NCBI GenBank assembly: GCA_020628755.1
Contig: JAHDEQ010000019.1
Location: 1-33,656 of the forward strand
Direction of reading: 5' to 3'
DNA length: 33,656 bases
DNA from: Saprospiraceae bacterium
GTDB lineage: Bacteria > Bacteroidota > Bacteroidia > Chitinophagales > Saprospiraceae
In this document: positions 26,899 to 33,656 of the stretch, piece after piece
Position numbering within the stretch: the first letter of the stretch is position 1
Layout of the letters: the number at the start of each line of letters is the position of its first letter
Position numbers and translations under genes: made by a program
The notes under the pieces: model-generated
Database searches by the model: none
Told to the model about the DNA's origin: nothing
What the model saw: the letters and a program-made list of their open reading frames with translations, nothing else

Positions 26899-28032
26899 TT
26901 AAGATTTTTCGACGAATCCTTCTCTTGCTATCCATTCATGGATATTTTCTTTTTTGATGGCAGTTGCCATGAGGTCAGGAAATTTGTCGGGGGTACAAGC
27001 AAAAACTGGAATATCTAAACTGCCCATTTGCTGTGCAACTTCTTCATTGTAAATAGGAGCACCTTTGTCATTCAGAGCAAGCAAGGCTATCAATTGAGTC
27101 CCTTTTTGTTGGATGGCTGCTGCTCGTCGGAGCAGCTCACTTTGATTGCCTCCTTCATACAAATCAGAAATTAAAACCAAAATCGTATCCGAAGGATTAG
27201 TAATTAAAGTCTCGGTATAAGTGAGTGCTTTATTGATGTCCGTTCCGCCACCTAGTTGTGTCCCAAATAGTAATTCCACAGGGTCGGGCAAGGTTTCTGT
27301 TAAGTCAACTACATTGGTATCGAAGACTACAATATTCGTTTTGACAGAGCGCAACGAAGCCAAAATCGCACTAAAAATACCCGAATAAACCACCGAAGTC
27401 GCCATAGAACCACTTTGGTCAACGAGCAAAATGATGTGTTTGAGCGCATTGCCTTTTTTGCCATAACCTCGTAAATGTTCGGGAATAATCGTTCCTAAAT
27501 CTTTTTGATAATTGTGTAAATTGGCTCGAATGGTTTTGTGCCAATCAATTTCGTTGTGACGAGGACGGCGGTTGCGAACCATTTTATTGAGTGCGCCTTG
27601 TATGGCTTCTCGAAGCGGATTTCGGAGTTTTTTCTCTAGTTCTTTGACGACTCTTTGAACGACAATACGAGCCGTATGCTTGGTTTTTTCGGGCATAATC
27701 TTATTGAGTGATAAAATTGTACCTACCAATTCAACATCAGGTTCGATGGACTCGAGGAGTTCGGGTTCAAGGAGCATTTGTTCTAATCCGAGTCGTTGCA
27801 AAGCGTCTTTTTGCATAAGTTGTACAACTGGCGTTGGGAAGTATTTGCGAATATCGCCCAACCAACGGTTGACGTTGGGAGAAGATTTGCCTAGACCTTT
27901 TTTACGTTCCGAGTCGTATAAGGCTTCAAGAACTTTGTCCATTCCTTCTTGCATTTCTTCAAGCGGAATGGTGTCTTTGTCTTCGGCTTTTTTACCTAAA
28001 ATGAGTCGCCATTTTGTAATCTTTTCGGACAT
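26899..28032 (-). CDS. vWA-domain protein of the CoxE/YehP type
   Basis: 377 aa. N-terminal WRLILGK motif and long helical region. C-terminal vWA with MIDAS LVDQSGSM ... GGGTD. Confidence 0.75.
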   Translation of the reverse strand: MSEKITKWRLILGKKAEDKDTIPLEEMQEGMDKVLEALYDSERKKGLGKSSPNVNRWLGDIRKYFPTPVVQLMQKDALQRLGLEQMLLEPELLESIEPDVELVGTILSLNKIMPEKTKHTARIVVQRVVKELEKKLRNPLREAIQGALNKMVRNRRPRHNEIDWHKTIRANLHNYQKDLGTIIPEHLRGYGKKGNALKHIILLVDQSGSMATSVVYSGIFSAILASLRSVKTNIVVFDTNVVDLTETLPDPVELLFGTQLGGGTDINKALTYTETLITNPSDTILVLISDLYEGGNQSELLRRAAAIQQKGTQLIALLALNDKGAPIYNEEVAQQMGSLDIPVFACTPDKFPDLMATAIKKENIHEWIAREGFVEKS

Positions 28033-28140
28033 TGCGAATGTTTTTTACTAGAAGTCGCTAAGAACACCTTGTTTTGTAGGAGGACTTAGCTATTAATACA
28101 CTAATTTAGCATTTTGATTTAGAAAACTGAGCATTAATAA

Positions 28141-29559
28141 ATGTCAAGACGACGAGAATCGGGTTTGGGTGGGATTGACTGGATAGTTTTTTCCTTGTAT
28201 TTGGCTTTAGTCGCTGTGGGGTGGCTGATGATCTACACGGTTGGCTATGGAGACGGTTATCCGACTAGCCGTATAGATTTTTTGACGCAGACGACTGTTG
28301 GGAAACAGACTATTTTTATGGGTATTTGTTTCTTGCTCTTGTTGGTTACTTTTGTGGTAGATTGGAAATTTTGGCGAACTTTTGCTTATTTGATATATGG
28401 AGTGGGCTTGGTTTCTTTGCTCGGTGTTTTGGTATTGGGTAAAAATATCAATGGTTCAACTTCTTGGTATGCTTTGCCTGGTGGATTTTCGTTGCAACCA
28501 TCGGAGTTTGTCAAATTTGCTACGTGTTTGGCAATGGCAGCTTTTTTGAGTACTTACAACACTAACCTGAAAACAACGCAATCGCAGTTGACTGCGATTG
28601 GGCTACTCATAGCTCCAATGCTGTTGATTTTGCTGCAACCTGATGCAGGCTCGGCTTTGGTTTTTCTATCCTTTTTTATTTTACTTTTCAGAGAAGGAAT
28701 GCCGCCTGGCTCTTATATTATAGCAATTTTGATGGGTGCAGTTTTTATTTTAGGATTATCGTTTGAACCACTTCCTGTAATTTTAGGATTATGTCTGATA
28801 GGTATTTCGGTATTGGCTTTAAATTTTAAACAATATCGAAACTATATCTTAATTGGTACTTTAGTTTGGATTGGAGCAAGTATATTTTTTAATTATCATG
28901 GCTTTACGACCTACGTTTTGTTAGCCAATCTTATAGGTCTGTTGATTTTGGGTGCGCTGCATTGGCGCAATCGGCAAGAGCGATTGGCACTACTTAGTGT
29001 TGGTGGAATTGTGGCAGGTAGTATTTTGGTTTTTTCTACCAATTATGCATTTAATAATTTTTTGCGTCCACACCAGCAAGACCGCATCAATGTTTGGTTG
29101 AATCCTGAAAAATGTGACCCACAAGGGTCGCTTTATAATGTTTTGCAATCTAAATTGGCCATTGGTTCGGGTGGGATTCAAGGAAAAGGTTTTTTGCAAG
29201 GTACGATGACCAAGCTCAATTATGTGCCTGAACAATCAACGGATTTTATCTTTTGTACGATTGGTGAAGAGCAAGGATTTATAGGCAGTTTTATGGTTAT
29301 CGTTTTGTTTTTGGTGTTGTTGCAACGCCTGGTGACGATAGCAGAACGCCAAAAGGCTGCGTTTTCGAGACAATATGCTTACGGCGTTGCAGGTATTATT
29401 TTTCTCCATTTTTTTGTTAACATTGGTATGACCATGTCTATTATGCCAATAATTGGAATTCCTTTGCCGTTTGTAAGCTATGGTGGGTCATCTTTGATTG
29501 GTTTTACGATAATGATAGGTGTCTTACTAAAATTAGATGCGAATAGATATTTGTTATAG
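28141..29559 (+). CDS. rodA: SEDS-family peptidoglycan glycosyltransferase (RodA/FtsW family; RodA-like)
   Basis: 472 aa, about 10 TM segments. Contains LQPSEFVK, QPDAGSAL, PEQSTDFIF and PLPFVSYGGSS, which are SEDS hallmarks. Confidence 0.85.
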   Translation: MSRRRESGLGGIDWIVFSLYLALVAVGWLMIYTVGYGDGYPTSRIDFLTQTTVGKQTIFMGICFLLLLVTFVVDWKFWRTFAYLIYGVGLVSLLGVLVLGKNINGSTSWYALPGGFSLQPSEFVKFATCLAMAAFLSTYNTNLKTTQSQLTAIGLLIAPMLLILLQPDAGSALVFLSFFILLFREGMPPGSYIIAILMGAVFILGLSFEPLPVILGLCLIGISVLALNFKQYRNYILIGTLVWIGASIFFNYHGFTTYVLLANLIGLLILGALHWRNRQERLALLSVGGIVAGSILVFSTNYAFNNFLRPHQQDRINVWLNPEKCDPQGSLYNVLQSKLAIGSGGIQGKGFLQGTMTKLNYVPEQSTDFIFCTIGEEQGFIGSFMVIVLFLVLLQRLVTIAERQKAAFSRQYAYGVAGIIFLHFFVNIGMTMSIMPIIGIPLPFVSYGGSSLIGFTIMIGVLLKLDANRYLL

Positions 29560-29592
29560 CGTTTTGATTTTTATCTTTGTAAAAAACAGACC

Positions 29593-30000
29593 ATGCGATT
29601 TATAATTCTAATATTCTTTTCTGTACTTGTTTTCTCCGAAAGTCAAGCGCAAAATATAATGGTGAACAAAGATCCTGAAGTTGCTCGTGTAATGGATCAA
29701 TACGGTGCAACCAATCGTATGACGGGTTTTACATCGGGCTGGCGCGTTCAGTTGTTGGCCACAACTGACCGTATGAAAATGGAAAAGGCAAAGGAAGATT
29801 TCCTACTCAAATATCCTCAAATATCCGTTGATTTTGTGCACTCTTCTCCTTATTACAAATTACTAGCAGGTGCTTTTAGGAGCAAGCTAGAAGCAAGTCG
29901 TATAGTACATCAAGTCAAAAGAGATTATCCGAGTGCATTCCCAACCAAGTCGAAAAATATTCGACCTGGCGAGTTGGTTGGCATTCGTTACAATTATTAA
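29593..30000 (+). CDS. SPOR-domain protein (secreted)
   Basis: Signal peptide. GWRVQLLATTDRMKMEKAKEDFLLKYPQ...YYKLLAGAFRSKLEASRIV fits the SPOR fold pattern. Starts 33 nt after rodA. Confidence 0.7.
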   Translation: MRFIILIFFSVLVFSESQAQNIMVNKDPEVARVMDQYGATNRMTGFTSGWRVQLLATTDRMKMEKAKEDFLLKYPQISVDFVHSSPYYKLLAGAFRSKLEASRIVHQVKRDYPSAFPTKSKNIRPGELVGIRYNY

Positions 30001-30019
30001 TTCAGGTTGCGGATGATGT

Positions 30020-30280
30020 TTATCGCCGAATTAGTCCTACTACAAATAGCAAAACAACGGCTCCTGCTACAGCAACTACTAAAGATTCGGCCAATGCTGA
30101 ACCCAAACCAATCGTAATATTCAATTTGGAGAAAAGCCAATTGCCTACCATAGAACCAATAACTCCAACAATAATATTACCAATAAGCCCAACGCCACGA
30201 CCTCGCATGATAAAGTTGGCTATCCAGCCTGCAACTGCGCCCAATCCTAAAAAATAAATCCAAAAACTCATGTCTTCCAT
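30020..30280 (-). CDS. GlsB/YeaQ/YmgE (transglycosylase-associated) family small membrane protein
   Basis: 86 aa, three Gly-rich TM helices (GLIGNIIVGVIGSMVGNWLF). Confidence 0.8.
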   Translation of the reverse strand: MEDMSFWIYFLGLGAVAGWIANFIMRGRGVGLIGNIIVGVIGSMVGNWLFSKLNITIGLGSALAESLVVAVAGAVVLLFVVGLIRR

Positions 30281-30386
30281 AAGAAATTAATTTGATGATG
30301 AATGAAAAATTCCTGCTGTTAGATAGGGCTAAAAATACAAAAATGGATTAGTTTAATGTCTTAATTTTAGATTAAAAACCTCTTTG

Positions 30387-30791
30387 ATGCCACCAAAAGA
30401 TTTTGAAACGGTTCTAATTAAGCATTTTTATCAGGAAGCGGAGGCGCAACTTTACGCAGCAAAGTTGCGGGAGCATGGCATCGAATATTTTCTTTCCAAC
30501 ACCAATATGAACAATGTTTTGGGCGCAACTTTTTCGACAGTGGGTTTGCACATTTATAAAAAAGACATTCCAAGTGTAAAAAAAATAATAGATGGTCTGG
30601 ACTTGCAAAAACAAAGTAACGACCCTGATTTTTCGTTTGAAGATGCTGACGAAACAGATATTGAGATAGAAAAACGACTATTAGAAACACAACAAAAAAA
30701 GACCGATTGGACTTATCTTTTATTGATTGGATTCTTGGTTATAAGTGCAATTTTGTCTGCCATTCTAAGTTATCAATCAAGCCGTTTTTGA
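30387..30791 (+). CDS. Hypothetical protein: DUF2007-like N-terminal domain plus C-terminal TM anchor
   Basis: The ATG at 30387 immediately follows the track's TTG at 30384. EAEAQLYAAKLREHGIEYFL resembles the putative signal-transducing DUF2007 fold. C-terminal WTYLLLIGFLVISAILSAIL is a TM segment. Confidence 0.4.
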   Translation: MPPKDFETVLIKHFYQEAEAQLYAAKLREHGIEYFLSNTNMNNVLGATFSTVGLHIYKKDIPSVKKIIDGLDLQKQSNDPDFSFEDADETDIEIEKRLLETQQKKTDWTYLLLIGFLVISAILSAILSYQSSRF

Positions 30792-31259
30792 CCAATGTTT
30801 ACGCTTTTTGAAGTACTTTTTAGACACTACTAACAATCCAAATGATTCTCCATCTTCCTTGGTACGCTTGGCATGATGTGCGCCATGCGCACGCAAAATA
30901 GCGCGAGAATAACGGCTGTCTAATTGTCGAAACCATTTGAATCGTTGATGAATATAAACATCGTGAATCAAGAAATATATCAAACCATAAATCGAAATTC
31001 CAATACCAATAAAGAGCAACCAAAAATGTGTCGTTGACAAGCCAATAATATAACACAAAGCACTAGGAATGGCAAAAACCAAAAAGAATAAATCGTTTTT
31101 TTCAAAAAATCCATCTTTTTCGTGATGTGGTTGGTGATGGTCTTCGTGCCACGACCACAAAAAACCGTGCATGATATATTTGTGTGCAAACCAAGCCATA
31201 AATTCCATACCGACAACCGCAGATAAAGTCACCAAGCCATAAAAAATATAAGTCATCAT
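30777..31259 (-). CDS. crtZ: Beta-carotene 3-hydroxylase (fatty-acid hydroxylase superfamily)
   Basis: 160 aa. His boxes HKYIMH, WHEDHH, HDVYIHQR, HGAHH. Confidence 0.85.
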   Translation of the reverse strand: MMTYIFYGLVTLSAVVGMEFMAWFAHKYIMHGFLWSWHEDHHQPHHEKDGFFEKNDLFFLVFAIPSALCYIIGLSTTHFWLLFIGIGISIYGLIYFLIHDVYIHQRFKWFRQLDSRYSRAILRAHGAHHAKRTKEDGESFGLLVVSKKYFKKRKHWSKTA

Positions 31260-31264
31260 AATTC

Positions 31265-31903
31265 CTAGATTAAATTCAAAATTCCAAAAAATAAAAATTG
31301 TAAAATCAACAAAGCTATCGCCACTTTATTCGATACTGTTCCGATAATTTTGTAAAAAGCCAATATCAATATAAAACCAATAACAAACCAAGCAATATAA
31401 TTTTGTAACGGAACTTCTGTCAAACCCCATGACCAAAAATCATAGCGAATCGCAACTGGTTCTATCAACAAATCGAGTAACACGAGTAGGCTTGCGCCTA
31501 AAAATGCTTTTGTGAATTGGGCTGCTTTAGGCAAAACCCTGTGCGCTGCTACCGCAGCGCAGTACGTCACCAAAATCCAGTTGACCCCAATCATAAAAGG
31601 CGTTCCAAAAATCTTAGGCCCAAGTACCTTTCCATAAGCATACTCTCCAAAGACCAAACCCGTTTGTACACCCAAAATTTCCATACCAAAACCAACAGAA
31701 AAAGCTAAACTAATAAAAATCAAAACCGACTTATCAAATCCCGTATGAAACCACAAAATCATTCCCAAAGAAAACAACAAATTGAGTGGCGTTAGCAACA
31801 CAAAATCGGGATGCAAAGGCATAGCTATTCCTACAATTCCTACCAAGTAAAGAATCGTTAAAACGCCAATTGCTGTTGTATTTCGATTTAGTGTTAAGTC
31901 CAT
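31265..31903 (-). CDS. cruF: Carotenoid biosynthesis membrane protein (Caroten_synth/DUF422; CruF-like 1',2'-hydratase candidate)
   Basis: 212 aa polytopic membrane protein. Contains GVQTGLVFGEYAYG and EPVAIRYDFWSW. Sits between crtD and crtZ; its ATG overlaps the crtD stop. Confidence 0.55.
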   Translation of the reverse strand: MDLTLNRNTTAIGVLTILYLVGIVGIAMPLHPDFVLLTPLNLLFSLGMILWFHTGFDKSVLIFISLAFSVGFGMEILGVQTGLVFGEYAYGKVLGPKIFGTPFMIGVNWILVTYCAAVAAHRVLPKAAQFTKAFLGASLLVLLDLLIEPVAIRYDFWSWGLTEVPLQNYIAWFVIGFILILAFYKIIGTVSNKVAIALLILQFLFFGILNLI

Positions 31904-33357
31904 TAATTCATTATTTCGTCAATGATTTTTGCCGATAATAAGCATAGCGGAATTCCTCCACCAGGATGCACGCTTCCGCCACAAAAATACAATCCCTTTA
32001 TTTTATTCGTAAAGTTTGGGTGACGCATAAATGCTGCCATCCGATTATTAGAACTCGTACCATAGAGCGAACCCAAATGCGAAGAAGTCTTGCTTTGAAT
32101 CGTCAATGGATGCAAACGTTCCTCACAAACAATGTGTTCATCTAAATTAATTTTTAAAACTCGATTTATCTTTTGAATGATATTATTTCGAGCTTTCGCA
32201 ATGAGTTCATCCCAATTTTGTCCCGAATCATAAGGCACATTTATCATCGTAAACCAATTTTCGCCAGTTGAAGGCGCATCTTCAGGACAATATTTAGAAG
32301 TGATATTGATATAAACCGTCGGATCATCAATTATTTTTCCTGCCGAAAGAAAGTCAAATTCTTTTTCATAATCATTGCTAAAAAGAATATTATGCAAATT
32401 CAATTCAGGAAATTTGCGATTGATTCCCCAATAAAAAATAAGTGCTGAAGTTGATTTTTCTTGTGCCAAAGTACGTTCAGGATGTGCTTGTTTGGGTAGC
32501 AATTTTCGGTATGTAAAAAACACATCCATATTGCTAATGATTCTATCAAAATGATGTGTAGAATCATTTATTTTTAAACCTATTGCTCTTTTGTTTTCGA
32601 CGACAATTTCCTCTACTTTTTGATTAAAATTAAACTCCACACCCAATTCTTTTGCCAATCGCACCAAACTATTCGTGATACTTACCATTCCTCCCTTCGG
32701 AATATACGCTCCAAAATGATGTTCAAAATGTGGAATAATACTCAAAATTCCTGGTGCTTTATAAGGATTAGAACCATTATACGTCGCAAAACGATTAAAC
32801 AATTGAACCAATTTGGGATGCTTCAAATAACGTTTGTTGACATCATTCATCGTCGAAAACAAATCCATTGTTGGAGCTAAAAGCATCGCTTTGGCTACCT
32901 GTGGTTTGAGCCAAGTTTGGGTTTTATGAAGCGATTTTTCTAAGAAAATTTGACCCGAAATTTCATATTTCCGTTTGCTATTGTCGAGGAGTTTGTGCAA
33001 ACCTTTGGCAGAATGACCTAACTTTTCTTCAATTTCTTTTCCAAAACGATTCGCATCGGCATAAGCCGAAAGGCTTGTGCCATCGTCCCAAAAATAATTG
33101 CAGACAATCGGCAATCGTTCATACTCAAAATAATCTTTTGGATTTTTACCCGCCAATCGAAAGAGGTCTTCGACATACATCGGCATCGTAAACAAGGAAG
33201 GGCCAGCATCAAAGCGAAAGTCACTTAGTCGAAAATCAGAGAGCTTGCCACCAGCATAAGAATTGGCTTCAAATATCGAAACCGAATGACCTTTAACAGC
33301 CATCCGTATAGCACTAGCTATACCTGCAATTCCAGCTCCGATAATTCCGATTTTCAT
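31903..33357 (-). CDS. crtD: Phytoene-desaturase-family FAD oxidoreductase, CrtD-like (hydroxycarotenoid 3,4-desaturase)
   Basis: N-terminal GAGIAGIASA dinucleotide fold. FDAGPSLFTMP is the CrtD-type motif rather than the CrtI-type FDMGPSWYWMP. C-terminal GGSVHPGGGIP. Confidence 0.65.
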   Translation of the reverse strand: MKIGIIGAGIAGIASAIRMAVKGHSVSIFEANSYAGGKLSDFRLSDFRFDAGPSLFTMPMYVEDLFRLAGKNPKDYFEYERLPIVCNYFWDDGTSLSAYADANRFGKEIEEKLGHSAKGLHKLLDNSKRKYEISGQIFLEKSLHKTQTWLKPQVAKAMLLAPTMDLFSTMNDVNKRYLKHPKLVQLFNRFATYNGSNPYKAPGILSIIPHFEHHFGAYIPKGGMVSITNSLVRLAKELGVEFNFNQKVEEIVVENKRAIGLKINDSTHHFDRIISNMDVFFTYRKLLPKQAHPERTLAQEKSTSALIFYWGINRKFPELNLHNILFSNDYEKEFDFLSAGKIIDDPTVYINITSKYCPEDAPSTGENWFTMINVPYDSGQNWDELIAKARNNIIQKINRVLKINLDEHIVCEERLHPLTIQSKTSSHLGSLYGTSSNNRMAAFMRHPNFTNKIKGLYFCGGSVHPGGGIPLCLLSAKIIDEIMN

Positions 33358-33446
33358 TTTACTATTGTTTGTTTATTGAAGACTTAACAAGAAAAGAGAA
33401 ATTTTGTTTGAGGAGATTTCTTTAATTTGTGGCATTATACATTATA

Positions 33447-33620
33447 AGTAACGACGAAAAAATAAGGTGAACAAGTTAGAAATAGAGATTTTGTGCCAAG
33501 ACAAGGCAAAAAACGCAGGCGATGCCTAGCATCAGCGTACCGATAGCTATCGGTATTTTAACGCAGTATTGGTGCAAAAGATCATAAGCTAAATGTTCAA
33601 GTTATTATTTTGACGTTACT
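33447..33620. repeat. Imperfect inverted repeat of about 32 bp (arms 33447-33479 and 33588-33620) enclosing the 18-bp palindrome
   Basis: AGTAACGACGAAAAAATAAGGTGAACAAGTTAG versus the reverse complement of GCTAAATGTTCAAGTTATTATTTTGACGTTACT. About 25 of 32 positions match by hand alignment. Confidence 0.6.
33538..33555. repeat. 18-bp perfect palindrome TACCGATAGCTATCGGTA
   Basis: Read directly from the sequence. Followed by TTTTA on the + strand. Lies about 180 bp upstream of the crtD start. Confidence 0.9.
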
Positions 33621-33656
33621 AAGTGATGCTTTCCTAAACTTGCCTTGCCGTCAGGC

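Noticed and set aside
33211-33243. Tandem LSDFRLSDFRF in CrtD, suggesting a recent micro-duplication
   Set aside because: This is a short, imperfect peptide-level repeat within the conserved G-G-K-L...F-R-F-D-A-G-P-S region and is likely just family sequence.
1-33656. Scan for tRNA, rRNA, tmRNA, RNase P or SRP RNA signatures, CRISPR repeats, IS inverted repeats with transposase, integrases, toxin-antitoxin pairs or known defence genes
   Set aside because: Reading all intergenic regions and ORF translations showed nothing convincing. No regularly spaced repeats, no T-loop GGTTCGAA-type motifs and no transposase or integrase-like ORFs were seen. This is visual inspection only and cannot exclude divergent ncRNAs.

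Overview
AT-rich chromosomal segment that looks like Bacteroidota. This is inferred from the protein families present (TonB_C, CarboxypepD_reg-like, DUF3127, a tiny Lys/Arg-rich bS22-like ribosomal protein, myxol/saproxanthin-type carotenoid genes) and a TTTG-N19-TAnnTTTG promoter-like motif. I support about 31 protein-coding genes. Most are housekeeping: rpsA, serC, purine nucleoside phosphorylase, RNase G, HU, recJ, comM/yifB, rodA, thiol-redox proteins and a MurU-like nucleotidyltransferase. The rest are envelope proteins (NlpC/P60, Omp85, M48-like lipoprotein, SPOR, TonB_C), a secreted ankyrin-repeat protein, and a crtD-cruF-crtZ carotenoid tailoring cassette at the 3' end. I found no rRNA, tRNA, CRISPR array, transposase/integrase or recognisable defence or toxin genes. 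I do not see a clear multi-gene novel system; the window reads as core genome with several oddities. The ones most worth following up are: (1) a DUF3127 OB-fold protein ending in a canonical SSB-type acidic tip (GDDLPF), divergent from comM; (2) a 30-aa bS22/mS38-like ORF missing from the ORF track; (3) an NlpC/P60-Omp85 pair convergent with an M48-like lipoprotein whose HExxH motif has become HEIYY; (4) an orphan YehP/CoxE-type vWA gene with no MoxR partner; (5) unusually long, repeat- and palindrome-rich non-coding stretches (1629-2387, 15497-16085, 33358-33656), including a 22-nt hairpin element present twice about 20 kb apart. All functional calls rest on motif and family recognition by eye; no searches were run.
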